Shown here piece after piece: positions 1-13,267 of a DNA stretch of 64,000 nucleotides (position 1 is the first letter of the stretch; every line of letters starts with the position of its first letter). The notes below the pieces were generated by a model. It was not told where the DNA came from and did not search any database. It saw nothing but the letters and a program-made list of their open reading frames with translations. The stretch lies in assembly GCA_013265495.1 (NCBI GenBank), contig MU057615.1:248001-312000 (forward strand), in the 5' to 3' direction. The translations under genes were made by a program, and so were the position numbers. Source of the DNA: Vicugna vicugna (Eukaryota).

Positions 1-573
1 TGCACCTCAGTGTTCATAGCAGCACTGTTTACAATAGCCAAGACATGGAAACCACCTAAGTGTCCATTGACAGATGACTGGATAAAGAAGTTGTGCTGTA
101 TTTATACAATGGAACACCACTCAGCCATAAAAAATGATAAAATAATGCCATTTGCAGCAACATGGATGTCCCTGGAGAATGTCATTCTAAGTGAAGTAAG
201 CCAGAGAAAGACAAATACCATATGATGTCACTTATATGTGGAATCTAAAAAGAAAAGACAAATGAACTTATTTAAAAAACAGAGACAGACTCTCAGACAT
301 AGAGAACAAACTTGCGGTTACCAGAGGGGAGGGGGGCATGGGAAGGGATAAACTGGGAGTTCGAGATTTGCAGATACTGACTGATCTATATAAAATAGAG
401 AAACAAGTTTATACTGTATAGCACAGGGAACTATATTCAATATCTTGTAGTAGCTCACGGTGAAAAAGAATATGAAAATGAGTATATGTTTATTCATGCA
501 TGACTGAAGCATTGTGCTGCACACCAGAAACCGACACAGCATTGTAAGCTGACTAGACCGCAATAAAAAAAAA
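1..573 (+). mobile_element. L1 3' end (ORF2 C-terminus, 3'UTR, poly(A)), young camelid-type; runs off the window start
   Basis: ORF 10-225 reads [27 protein letters not shown]...PFAATWMSLENVILSEVSQ, the L1 ORF2 C-terminus. The element ends in CAATAAAAAAAAA at 561-573. Confidence 0.95.
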
Positions 574-3500
574 CGAAGTGGCACACCCTCAACCCAGAGG
601 GAAGCTGAGCCCCGAGCCAGCCGGTCTGCCTGAAGCCCTTTACCCCTGCAGGGTTTACTGAGGTCCAGAAAAGAAAAGAGACGTCAGAGCACAGGATATG
701 TGATAAATGAGCCACTGGATGAACATTTAAAGAATGCAAGGAGGAAGTACTGCATAGATATGGTTTAATCCGCACTCAAACACATATATCAAGAGCCTTC
801 TATGGGTGAAATGTGGCACCATCTAAAAGTGATTTTTTAAAAAAATTTTTCTCGTGAAGCATGCAGAAATGTCGGAGGCCCTGGGTGCAGCATGCTCTGA
901 AAGCTTGTGGGTTTGGGCCCCAAAGCTCCATGAAGGGCTAGCTCTGAGCCCCAGTTTACAGAGTGATGCAGTGCAGAGGGCCACTTCTCAGGGGTCCTGG
1001 TAGAAGTGTCTGGGGACTCCTGCACTGGAGCTGTTACTTGGTTGGGTGGATACCTTAGATCCAAGAGCTGCAGTGACACCTGATGGTGGATGAGATACAC
1101 TGCAAGGTCTTTTTGTGGGCAGGGAAGTGTGGGGATGAAGCTGCAGAGAGGCACACTGGGTAGGAGGGAGGCCCCAGGCTGTCTTCCCCTCCGGGACATC
1201 ACAGAGGCTTCCTGGTCACAAGCTGGCCCCACCTCACAGAGGTGCCCCAAACGCAGTGTGAGCTGGGCCCGCCTGAGGTTGCACTGGCATGCGAGTGGTC
1301 CACTTGCCCAAAGAGGACAAGCCCTCGCAGTCAGAGCTGCTTTGTTTAAATGTTACATAATTATAAATAAAACATACTCATTCTTATCGTTCTATCTCCC
1401 TCTCAGCCATTTTTTCTTTTTTGACAGTTATGTTCAATTTTAATTAGATTTGTAATATTTTACACAGTAGCCTGTAATTAAAACTTAATTTAATGAGAAA
1501 ACACATTTATTTAGTTCTTTATTTTTGCAAGTAATCAAATTACGTACAAAACAAAAGCTAGGATAAACAATACAATTATATTAGCCAGGATGTTATAAAT
1601 TCTCATTTGGAGCCGTGGAAACAAACATTTGTGGTCTGTCCCCATGGTTAAAAACATAATAAAATGTACAAGAAGAAGGAACGTGTCTTTATGGCTAGAC
1701 ATCTTCCACATAAGTATTGCATTTAAATTTTTTGTAAACCTTTCTGTGAAGTTGCTATAGGCAAATGGTATGTTACAGTTATAGTTTGGGGACATTTATT
1801 AAATAATTTCTGTAATTTCTGCACATGTTTATCTTAAACTGCCATCCAGACCCTTTCTTTCAGTAAGAGATTCAAAGCAGAGGCTTATGTCGAGCAGGGA
1901 AGTCATGCCAGGAGTATCTGAGCATCTTTCTAAACCCCCCCGGTTCCCTGATCCAGTTCCAGTACAAATATTTTCATACGTGTTTTTCTTCTTCTGTTTT
2001 TCAGAAGAAGCTTCTGTAGCTTATCTCCTTTGTCCTTCAATTTAACATAGTTTTTGAGTGCCACCCACACACCGGGCCCTGTACTAGGGTCTGGGGACAG
2101 AGGGCACCTGCCACTCTGCCTGGAGGAGTGAGACCTGGGGCAGTTCCAGATGCCCTGTGCCAAATGCGATACACACAAGGGGGTAAACACTGAGGCTCAC
2201 TGCACACTTCTAACTCCGTGGGAGGAGGTGACATCCAGGGTGCCGTGGTGGCGCAGGCATGTTTCCCTAGTGACTTGGGGGTGGGGGGTGCAAACAGGCG
2301 TAGATCCAAACCCTGTTGCTTTTCCTCCGGCGGCCTGGGGCGTGTGATTCCAGGAAGGAACAGAAGGATGGACTTGATGAAACCTTGTCTGTTGGGACAT
2401 GGTCTTGGCTTGGGTCAGAGCCCCAGGGCAAAAAGAGCTAGCATTCCTTTGCCTGGATGTTAAACTGCCCTGGAACTGGAGCCCTGTAGGACAATGGGAA
2501 AATACTCTGTATGGACACCCCCTCCTTAGAATGTGTGCTTGCTCCAATGAGAATGTACAGAAAGAGACGTTATTAACATGAAATGCCAGTGGAGAGTAAT
2601 TCCTGACAGACAGGCCGTGGCCGTCTGAGACGAGCCCTGTCCAGGCCAAGTGTGGCGGCTGGAGGAGGGCCTCCCCACACCGCCCATGGGGGTGTCAGCG
2701 GCCTGGATGCCCCCTTCCTGCCCACCCACGGCTCCCCCCCACAGCAGCTGCAAAAGTGACAGCCCTTTCTACCGAAACAAGATCCCCCCTGCTGCAAAGG
2801 TGAGGCCGGAGGTGTTCAGAGTCAGCCACAGCGGTGGCTGCTAAACTCCCACCTGCTTCTGGGATGAGGAGCCCAGTGTCTCTGGCTCCAGAAGAATGTG
2901 TGGAATAGCTCCCTCCATCCCTGTGAACTGCTGTCTTCGATGCTTCCAGATGGTGCTGTCTGGCGAGCCAGGTGACCCTGGAGTCTGGCTGGTGCATGCA
3001 AGTCCACACTCCACCTCTCCTTAGCCATGAGCTTGGACAGCTGGCTCCGGGACTGACTTGAGGTTCTTCAACTGGGGGAAAAAAAAAGATACTGTTTCTC
3101 ATCTCAATGGGACTTGGCCAGGGTGAAGCAGTTACCTATGTAAATGCTGCAGCGTCACACCAGGCCGTGAGCAAGCCCGTCCCTGTGACCTGTGGTGGCT
3201 GGAGCCTCTCCAAGGCTGGATGATGGTGCAGGAGAGCAGTGTCGTCTTCTCTTGACTTGGGCTCCAGGGCTCTGAAGGAAGTACGTCCTTGTGACGCACT
3301 GAGCTAGGGGGTTCAGCAGAACACGGGGAATTGCAGCGCGATCCAGCATGGCCCTTGACGAGACCTTCCCCAGCGATCTGCACCTCCTCCCGGGGCATCC
3401 CACTTCTGGGTCTGGGGTGCTGAAGTCTGTTTACCTAAATGGTTCCCTAGAGGCGGGGAGGTGCCCATGCAATGTATTAGACTTCTGAATTAGCTCATTT

Positions 3501-6500
3501 CCAAGATGAATGGAGGGCATAGCGTCAATTTTCCAGGTAAACATCCATGAAATTGAATTTAGCAGCCGCCAGAGGACTCAGCTGTATGGTCTGCTTTTCA
3601 TCCTCATGAATCCTCAAGCAGGAGAAGACAGGGGACCTCTACTCCCAATGGAGAGCCAAGTGGATTTGCCCAAGACTGCGCACTGGCACCCTGGCCTTTA
3701 ATGAGAGGGAGGGGTCAACAGACTGCAAGGAGGGAAGAGTGGGCAGCTCATCTGATCTTAACTAAATGGTTACTTGCTTTCTGTTATGTTTCTGAAACGA
3801 TCAGCTGGAGACAGGCTCACTGAAAATGAGATGTCAATTAAGTCAAGTTACAAAATTTTGCTGCAAACCGTAATTCCAACATTTCCGAAACGATTGTTAT
3901 CCTGCGTCTTCAATACTAGGATTTCTTTAGCTTGTGTTCAGAAGCCCCTTTAAGGATATTTCAGTAACCCCATTTTATTTACTTTTGAGAAAACACCAAG
4001 TTAAAACAATTAATATACATGTGTGTATTTTACACACTCACACACACACACTCATTTAGGTCATTTTGTTGGCTTTGGACTCCTTGTGTTTAATGGTGAT
4101 GACCGCAAACGTTAACCATCCAAAATGATCGGCTGTTTGTGTGCGTGCATTTAGCGTTAGATTGAACGCTCTTCCAAGATACTGACTGTCTTTCAAGAGT
4201 TCCGATTGGCTCAATTAACTATATATACGGAAGATTAGAAATCACAGGGGCAGAAGCGGCAAAATTTCACCTTTTGCTGTCCCCTTTCTGTTTTGCTGTT
4301 TATCAGGAAGATCCAGGAGCTGGTTTCACTTCAGTGACAGAATTAGGTTAAAATGTAAGTACAGGTAGTGAGTTCCAGCATGAGGGAATGTTTGCATGGC
4401 ACCAGCGCCGCAGCAGGGCTCATCCGGGAGGTGCCGCCGTGAAGGTAAAGATGCTGTTGCAGTTTGAGTCAGCGTGGGAAGGTGTTCTTTGGAAGGGTTG
4501 GTCAAGAATGAAGGTTAATAATGTTGTGACCTTGGAATTCTGTCAAAGCAGCGGTTTGCAAAGGACGGGTCTTGGGCTAAGAAAGTAGTGAAAAGTGATT
4601 ACTGCCTAGTTCAGCTGTTAACATTTCTTGTGGTTTGATTTTTCAGTCACATTAAGAGCCCTGTGATGTAGCATTTGCATCCAATATTTTGAAGCATGAA
4701 AAGCAGACACATGGCGAAAATGTTTCCCTTTTTGTGAGTTCACCATATAACAGGAAAAGGACATTTTACCAAAAGGACATTGCTCAGCCTGCCTTGACAT
4801 TCAGTTCGATGCCTTTTACTTAATGCCAGCATCATGCTCTTCTCCAGGCCACTGTGGCTGTTCCCAGCGAGCTTGGGCTCACCCTCCTGTCTCAGATTTG
4901 AGGGCCAGATATTGGTATTTCAAATGAGCGTCTCTCCAAACAATCGTGTGTCAGAAGCTGTCAAACTGGCAAACATAACTCTTTGTTCTGCAGGATCCCC
5001 AGGTCCTGGAAAGTACATGAGAATTAAACGAGTCATTGTTTTTTGAATAAACTTCAGCTTATGGAAGGAATATGACATGGTGTATGATCCAAATTGTAGA
5101 AACATTTGCAGCAACTCCAGCTTCAAGGGCTTGTAAACTGTTACATAATTCATTAAAATGTGTGTTCTTCTTAGATTTTTTCTAATCTTTCTGGTCCCCA
5201 CCGAAGGCTGTCTCCACTTGAGGGAAGAAGACCCCATATTTCCATATTTCAGGCTTCCTTCATATTTCCATCCAGCACGAAGACATCTTCCCTCCTTCTT
5301 GCAAGATGAAGTGGGCAGGAGTACCCTGAATTGCCCCTGGGCTAAGATTTTTATGGGTTGAGGGGTGAAAATGTGGAGGAAGTCTCCTCCCTTCCCCCAG
5401 GAAGTCCTACCCAATGGGGTTTCAGGCCCCGCCGGTCACAAGACATCACCCAAATGTTAAAACTGGAGTACAGAACACATAGAGGGGACTTAGCAGGATC
5501 AAAAACAGAAGCAGAAAATGGACACCTGAAGGGACAGACATGAGTCACATTCCGTCCTTGAAAGCAGGCAGAGCTGGAGAGCTCCATGTAGAAGGGGTGC
5601 TCTCTGGATTTACCCCTTAAAGGACGGAGAAAGGCAGGAAGAGGAAGAGCTTAAGCCTGAGTCAGAAGGTGTTCCCCGCTGGGTGCTCTGGAGCGGAGAC
5701 AGTGGGGTCAAGTCTTTGTGTCTCCACATCAGTTGGTCACTGGCCACGGGGACCCCGAGGAGGGGCATAACCCTGGGTGCAGCAGCGCCCCGAGGCTGTG
5801 GGTGATCCTCAGTGAAAGATGCAGCTGTGAGCTGCCATTCTCAGCAGCATCCCTCCTGTGGGCTCTGCGCCATCTGGAGCAGCGGAGTGTCCACCGCAGG
5901 GGCCAACAGTGGGAAAGTGTGAAAGGCACGGTGGGCTCTCTCACTCAGCACCTGGGCTGGGTGCCGGCCACGCCTCCATCAAGGCTGTCAGCAAGGTTCC
6001 CCACCGAGGCCAGCGTGACCGCCGCAGACCCTGAGCTCGCCATCACAGCGTGCCAGCAAGGACAGGCGGACTGCCAGCGACCAGGCAAACCCATGGGAAA
6101 AACCGGTTTAGAAAAATTAAACTTCCAGGAGAAGATAAGTACCGTGAAGAACATTAGGTACCGTCTGGTGTGGGTGTGTGTGAGGCCGGCGGTCAGGGGA
6201 GACTTCTCTGAGGTGGTGGCAAGGGGGCTGATCTGAGAGCGGGAACGGGGTGCCTCTGTGAAGCGTTCCAGACACAGCGCTGCACGAAGTGGGGCAGGCT
6301 GGCGGGTCACCGGGTGGAGGCCCTTAGGCCCAGGGCTCGGGTGGCCCGAAGAGAACTAGTTCTGTCTGAGGAGATGACCCAGCAACCAAGTTAAACTGGG
6401 ACAAACGGAAGGACCTAGACTTAGGCTGGGCACCACCACATGGTTTCCTTCGTTTTAAGCAGGGCTGTGAGAAGGAGGGATGGCCGCTCACAGGTCTTGC

Positions 6501-6626
6501 GCACCCCCTGCCCTGAGGGCCGGTGACCGCTTGTCAGCATCAGCCGACCTGAAAGGCAGTGACTGGGACGGCCTGGGAAGAGCCACGTGGCTTCCTTATG
6601 GCTGTGAGGAAGCAGAGCGTCTTCTC

Positions 6627-6653
6627 GGGGGGGGGGGGAAAGGGGGGGGGGGG
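6627..6653. repeat. G12-A3-G12 homopurine mirror repeat
   Basis: Read directly: 12 G, AAA, 12 G. Confidence 0.9.
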
Positions 6654-8265
6654 CAGCCAGGCAGGCAGAGATGGACAAAGGCAACCAGCACTGTTGTCCG
6701 GGGGGCTGGCTCCCCCCAGGGCATCCCCTTCCGGGTGCTCCAGGAAGCCTCTAATGACTGACTTCGAGACTGATTACAAACGCTTAGGATGCAGGTGAGG
6801 GTGGTTCTTTGAAGAAGCTGTAGGATAAAAGCAGAGATACCCAAACTCAGACTCGGAGAGAAGCAGGTTCCGAGACTGACTCTAGAGGCAAAGGGACAGA
6901 AAAGCAGACTGGGACTGCAAACCCGACGTCGGTCATCACTAAAGCAGCGGTGCAGCAGGACGCGTCATGTTCCGGGCTGAGAGTGTGATGAAGAAGGATT
7001 GAAGACCTGGGCAGTGCTCCTGGGTGTCTTTCTAGCCCAGGAGGGCCCCTGCAGCAATGCTGGGGGACAGGACGGACTGGGGATTGAGACAAGGGGGAGG
7101 GAGGTGGTAGGGCAGCCAAGGATGTTTCACAAAAGCCCAGACAGGGGTGGGCTCTGGGGGCAACGTGCACATCAGAAGTAAGGTAATTTGTGCAGCACGT
7201 TCTCACCCTCCAAAACTTGGTCCTGATTCTGAACAGATCTGAAGACTCGAGCTGGTTCTGGCCAGCGTCCTTCATTCCTTAGACCACAGCTGTCGCCTCT
7301 GTGCCAAGGTGAGGAAGGCATGCGCCTGTCTCTCCCCCTGCAGCGGAACTGCCTCTCATTCTTGGACACATCAGTGTGAGCCTGGCCACACAGCAGGGAC
7401 TGCGTCTTTTGAGGACGAGCACGTTGTCAGTGGCAGCCTCGCTCTCTGTCTGACTTAACCCCGTGGTCGATCAGTGAAGCGCTGCCTTTCCCTTTCTCTG
7501 CTGATTTCCCACCTTGAAGAGGCATTTACTGTCCTCTGTGCACCAAGCCAGCAAGCAAACAAATTGCCATGTGCGAGTTACCGTTTGTTCTTCTAAGGGA
7601 TGTATCAGCTTTTAAAACCCTGACCTAGACTTACATGGAAGGAGTTCTCAGACGAGAGAAAACGGAAGTGGGCCGGCAAGGCAGCTGTGGGGACGGGGCT
7701 TCTCGCCCGAAGACTGACCACGTGGGCTGTCCCGACGCTCGGCCTGTCTTCTGGAGCCTTCCCGTTTGGGCACAGGGTGTGGGATCTGATGGGTACCTGT
7801 ATTGGGTCTAAATCACCCAAAGGAATCTTCCTTTAGAAGAGCAAGGAACCCATGTTTGTACCAAAAAAGAGAAGCATAGTGACCAAGAACGGCCACTACC
7901 TAAGCCAGGTGTCTTCGTGTGGGACACATAACTGTGCATGGAAGCCGTGTTCGGAGTGACCTCGGGGAACATTTAAAAACTGGATTTCTGTCATTACATT
8001 ACATTTGTATTAATGAAAGGCTCTTAGTGGTTTTATACATTTCAAGAGAAAAACTAAATAGACTAATTGCTTCCAATTGAAGGGATGTGCTGTCTTCGCT
8101 AGTATTTAATTTGTGTGGCAGTCACGTGGCTAAATTATACACAGCCACCGCGGGGACGTGCCCCTTTGGGCATTAATGTGGTCTCATGGGGCTGGTGGTG
8201 CTGAGGCTGCCACAGTTCGCGTCGGAGTCATAACGGGGAACCGCGGTGTTGCCTGAACAACAGAT

Positions 8266-8782
8266 TGTCCAGGAGGAAGAAATGTTCCTCTGCCCTTCTA
8301 GACTCCTCTGGCTGGTCTAAGAATTACAATAACGTAAGACAGATTGGTGAGAAAAACTCAAAGTTTATAACAGATACACATGGCAGAGACCTAGGGAAAC
8401 CGAGTGACTCCTCAGATGGCTGAAACCTCACCCTGATTTGGCTGAAGGCCAACGAGGACGTTGCGAGTAGAGGTTCGGGGCTTCAGAGAAGAAGGCAGTT
8501 CACATGGAGACAGAAAAGTAAACATTTGGTAAGTGAATGTTTGCTGGGCCAGGCAGAGACAACGGGTCTCTGAGAGTCTCCGCACCACACGTGGCCCTTG
8601 TTCTCGGCGGGGGTCCCTGGTGATCGCTCTGCTCCTGTGCGAAGCCCTCCGTCTGAGTTCCTCAGGCAGCTCGGGGCAAGGTCAGAGTTTCTTCCTGCAA
8701 GTTTTAGGCCTTGGCTGCTTTCAGTTTAAAACAATCCAAATGCCAGAGACACGTGTGGGGCGGCAGGTTGTGCTTCCCTACA
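8266..8782 (-). mobile_element. ERV1-class solo LTR
   Basis: TG...CA termini (minus strand TGTAGGGAAG...CTCCTGGACA). Flanks AGAT/AGGT fit a 4-bp TSD with one mismatch. Layout resembles laurasiatherian ERV1 LTRs. Confidence 0.8.
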
Positions 8783-9265
8783 AGGTGCTCCGGTCACGGG
8801 AGGGCAAGGGTTCGTTCCTGGAGGGCTTGGCGCGAGCGGCAGCTTGACCGCGGTGAGATGCCATGCAGACGCCCTTTGGGGAGGCCCGGCTCCATGGGGC
8901 CGGGGCAGCTGCGCAGCACGCCCTGCTGCCAGGAGATGAGCGGGCAGGTCTGCACCCACGTGGAGGGCGGTTTCCTCAGGAATCCCGACAGCAGAGGAGG
9001 AGGGAGGGCCTGGCCTTCCCAGAACTGTTTTTTGTCTGGAGTATAATAGTTTTAGAACAGATAGTAAAAAAAAAACCTTCTTTATAACTCGCCTGCACAG
9101 TGATCATGTGGCACATTCCCACCCTGTTTACAAATCTATTCAAAGGAAACCATCACGTAGCAATAAAAGTAGCATGAAACAGCCAGCCTGAGCGCGGAGG
9201 GAGTGTGGCTGCTAGCCTGTGGAGTATCGGTGCACACTTAACATGCATTATCGATTTTTTTTGCC

Positions 9266-10045
9266 TTTTTATTTTGAAATAATTTCAGGCTTACAGGGAA
9301 GTTGCAAGAATAGGAAAAGTAATTTTTGTACACCCTTCACTCACCATTCCCCAAATGTTGAAACTTTACCACAATCACTTAATTCTTTGTTCTCTCTACA
9401 CACACAGGCAAGTTTTTGTTTCGTTTTTCTGATGATCCACTGGGGCGCAGGTTACAGACATGTTGCTTTTTACCCCTAAATAAGCTAACATGTATTTCCT
9501 AAAAGCCAACACATACTTTTATATAATCGGGGTACATTTATAATAATCAGGGCATTGCACTGATGCAGTACTATAATCTACAAATCTTATTTAAATTTCA
9601 TCAATTGTCGTAATCATAACTTTTATAGCTAAAGAACACGCACACACACACACCCCCCCACACCCCCGACACACACACACACAGTAACCCTTCCTCCTTC
9701 CAGTCTAAGTCCCCATCTATGATAACAAGCTGTATTTTCCTGATCTGCCATTTTAGTCTCCTTTGGTCTGGACTAGTTCTGCAGCCTTTTGAAGACAGTG
9801 GCATCTCTGTGCTGGTTGTTCATTTTATAGAACAACCATCCCCTGGGGTCTTTGTGGCTGTTTCTTCGTGGTTAGAGTTGAGTTATGTGTTTGGGCAGGA
9901 GCCCCACAAAGGAGGGGTTGGCAGTGCTTCATGTGGGGACACACGGTGGCCCCTGTCCCTGCTGGTAAGGTTAACTTACTTGTTAAGGCAGGTCACCAGA
10001 TTCCCTGGCTCTACAGTTATTTTTCTCTCTGTGTGAGATTATTCC
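9266..10045 (-). mobile_element. Ancient L1 3'UTR (L1MC4/5-like)
   Basis: TTTTATTTTGAAATAATTTCAGGCTTACAGGGAAGTTGCAAGAATAG start and later ...GGTTAGAGTTGAGTTATGTGTTTGGGCAGGA... resemble the L1MC 3' end. Confidence 0.75.
9636..9683. repeat. Interrupted (CA)n microsatellite with C-runs
   Basis: Read directly. Confidence 0.85.
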
Positions 10046-10079
10046 TATGAAGAATGTCTGCAAAACATTTCTATGAAGA

Positions 10080-10723
10080 TGTTGCCAGTGATTACATTCT
10101 TGTCTATTCGCAGAAAGTATTCAGAGATGACTCATGGAGGTTAAGAAAGTAAAGTGAGGATTTAGTAAAGGATGGATAGTACACTCTAAAGGGGAGAGCA
10201 GGCAGACTCAGGTGAGCATCTGCCCTGAATTTCTTTGACAAGCTGGTTACATAGACTGTAAAAATGAATGGGCAGAATATTCACTGGGGAGGGAAGGGTT
10301 TGGGTTGTATCCCCTGATTTCCACCCCAGCTCCAATTTCCTGAAGGGAAGAGGGACTTTTGTCCTTATTTACGCTGGATCGGAAGTGTCACGGTGTCGGT
10401 GCATGATGGGTACTTCTGATCTGCAAGGCTAATTTTATTGCAATGAGGGCATAATGAGCAAAAGGTTACATTCAGCCACTAGAGATTCCTGCCTTTTCCC
10501 ACCTTTCTTTGTTGGCCTCCAGGCTGCTTTCACCCCCAAATGTGTGACTGCTTATCAGCTCCTACTTTTCTTTGTCTGGGACAAAGGACCAGGGACCCCT
10601 GCTATTTACATGATGTATAGTTTCCTGCATTTGGCCTGTGCCTCTCCTGTTTTGCCCATTTCCTGCCATTTGGCCTGTGTCCTCCTTTCTCTGCTCATAT
10701 CTAGCTACCTGCCTGCTCTAACA
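10080..10723 (-). mobile_element. ERV1-class solo LTR (MER41/LTR8-like architecture)
   Basis: Minus strand starts TGTTAGAGCAGGCAGGTAGCTAGATATGAGCAG and ends ...CTGGCAACA. Flanks AAGA/AGGA give a 4-bp TSD with one mismatch. Internal duplication TTTCCTGC(C)ATTTGGCCTGTG at about 10621 and 10659. Confidence 0.85.
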
Positions 10724-11891
10724 AGGATGAAATTCTTACTTTCATTAAAAATAAAAAAAAAACCTCAGAGGCTGAAAAGCTGTGAAACATGTCCAAGTCC
10801 CATATTCTGTTGAGGGTGCAGAACTAGTCTCAAGCTCAAGTTTACGCTCTTTTTCACTCTACGATGAAAGAAAGCGTTTAATGGAGAAAACAGTTGTATT
10901 TTTGTATTGATTTGTAAGATGTACTGGTACTCACAATACTTTCTAAAATAACAGGCCTTGAGGTTTGTAAGCCTAGATGGTGGAAGGCTCCCGCTGAAGG
11001 CAGTTTTAGTAGACTGTCAGCAAACAGGGAGAGAACGGGGAACTGGGATCCTGTAATTACCTCCTTTCCGTTGCCCGTCCCTGGGAAGAAGGCGGTAACG
11101 CTCCTTTTCAGGTTTAGGTGTCAGACCCCAAAGGCAACCATGGAAACACTAGCAAGAGACATAAATTATTTTCACAGCTTAACTAGTGGGCACACAGTCT
11201 TTACCCTGCGGGATGACAGAAGAGGAAGAGCCCTGGGACTCCTGGGCTGCATAAGAGGCAATGGCCGAGGGGACGGCCCAGGGCTACGTGATGGGCTCTC
11301 GCTCAAGCAGCCTGTTGGGCAATAGCCGCGCCTGGAGCCTGTGATAACACACTTCCAGCTCCACGCCATGTTCCTTCATCATATGGGGAGAAAGATCTTT
11401 GGAGCAGGATCGAAAGGAATCCCTCAGCTGTGTTTCGTAGGGCTGATCTAAACTTCTTCACAGGGCATCAATGCCATTTATTCCTGGGTGCTGGGGACAG
11501 GCCTTGGACTGCCAGTTAAGGTCATGACACCTTGGCTCTATTGCCATCTTGTTCTGCCTTAGCCCACTGGCCCAGGGTAAAGCCTCGGCCTTCCCAGGTT
11601 CTCCTCCCAGCCCTGTCCTCCTGGCTAAGGGGTGTCTGTGCACATAGTGATCCTCACACACAGGTCCTGGTGCCCAGGGTCTTTGCTCATCTCTGCAGCA
11701 ATGACCTTTTCCCTCCCCTTCTCACAGGTTCCTCTTGCATCTACTTCCAACCGGTATGGCTGCTAAACCTATAATCTGCTCTCTGCTAGACTAGAACCCG
11801 GCACCCACATCCTCAGTAACTTGACCCTCACTGTTTGTGTGCATCCCACGTCTCTGCAAGTCCACACCAGCAGCGGATGCTCATGCATGGG

Positions 11892-12002
11892 GATAGAGAG
11901 ACAGAGACAGAGAGAGAGAGAGAGACAAAGAGTGAAGCAGGGCAGGAGAGGATGGGAAGAGAGGGAGGGAGGGAGAGACAGACAGACAGGCAGAGAGACA
12001 GA
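11892..12002. repeat. (GA)n/(GACA)n purine-rich simple repeat
   Basis: Read directly. It explains the long ORFs across 11769-12441. Confidence 0.85.
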
Positions 12003-12934
12003 GGATGGGGAAGAAGCTGTACTTTCAAAAAGCCTTTGCAATGCTTCAAATATAGTGGGAGTATCTGTAAATATTATGGCAACATTGAATCCTTTTATAT
12101 ACAACACATGTGTCAAGTTCTCTAAACTGTATGTGGCTTGTTTATTGTTTAAATTTTGGTCAACTAATCATGCAGTAACTGTAGTGCATGCTCCATACCA
12201 GGCTGTCCTCACTGATGACCATTCGTGGGTTGCCCCAGTTTTTTTTTGGTTCACCCACGCAAAGAAGTCTAAATGTGGGATGAGGGAATCAGACCCATGT
12301 AATAAGGAAAGTTTTCATAGGAGAAGTGGAAAGAGATCAGGGCAAGTGTGGGTCCTCCTCTTAGGTCCCCACCCCATGTCCCTCTCTTCCCTGAGCATGC
12401 GGCCCCTTCTCCCTTCCCTTCCTCTCACTGGGTGCTTCTAGGTTGAGGGCCCTACCACCCTGTGAGGCCCTGGCTTGGCCAGAAGTGGGATGAGGAAAGG
12501 GCTGATGGGATGGGCCACTCAGCTTTAGGTCGTGGAGCGAAGGGTGGTATTTATTTCCTTCATTTAATCATTTTCACAGTGGAGCTAAGGTCAGAACTCA
12601 GTGACTAAGACTATACTATGACCTTCAAGGAACGGAGACCGGAGCCAACACTTTGGTCTAGGTTGTAGACTCGTTCCTAAGGCTCACAACCGGGAGACGC
12701 GATGGAAGCGTGAGGGCCAAAGTGCGTGGACAACACACAGACACGCCGCACACGCAGTGTGCTAGGGTGGTCGGTGAAAAATGTTGGCATAGGGTAGGTC
12801 TAGATGTGAAGAATACAGAAAGGGACATAGGACTGTTCTCAGAACACCCACTGCCTCTCCTGGAAAACAGCTGCACTTCAATCACAGTATCGGCAACCCC
12901 ACCTGGCACGTGCAGTGTCACTGTCACCGCCCGA

Positions 12935-13110
12935 TTGTCGCCCTGGTGCTGTATGTACCACGTGTCTCATTTAGCCCTCACAGCACATATGATGTTGATT
13001 TTTTAAAAATCATTATCTCTAATTTTACAGGATGCCAAAGCACAGGGACGTTGAGTTACCACCAAGGTCACATGGGGTCAATCTCAGGCACACTCACACT
13101 GACGCGTCGC
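12935..13110 (-). mobile_element. MIR SINE fragment
   Basis: TCTCATTTAGCCCTCACAGC...ATTATCTCTAATTTTACAG...CCAAGGTCACATGG resembles the antisense MIR core. Confidence 0.65.
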
Positions 13111-13267
13111 CCCTCAGTTACTGAAAACGAGGAGCAGAAACACTGGAGAAGGAACAAATGTATCTGCTTAGGAGTCGGGGAGGCTCAGCAGTAGAGACGC
13201 TGAGCAAATGGAGACTTGAAGGGAGTGGGAGGTGTGGATGGAGAAAGCTGCCTGCCGTATCAGTAAG

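Noticed and set aside
4059..4130. Possible pre-miRNA hairpin (TCATTTTG ... CAAAATGA)
   Set aside because: Only about 10 bp pair well; the rest of the stem is poor.
4096..4190. C/D snoRNA-like GTGATGA ... CTGA pair
   Set aside because: The terminal stem is weak (wobble-dependent), there is no convincing D' box, and I recognise no rRNA or snRNA antisense element.
4920..7275. Several 120-172 aa ORFs in the GC-rich unique region
   Set aside because: No recognisable protein family. They overlap on both strands, as expected by chance at high GC.
11821..12441. 206-aa ORF
   Set aside because: Non-ATG start; its length is driven by the GA microsatellite.
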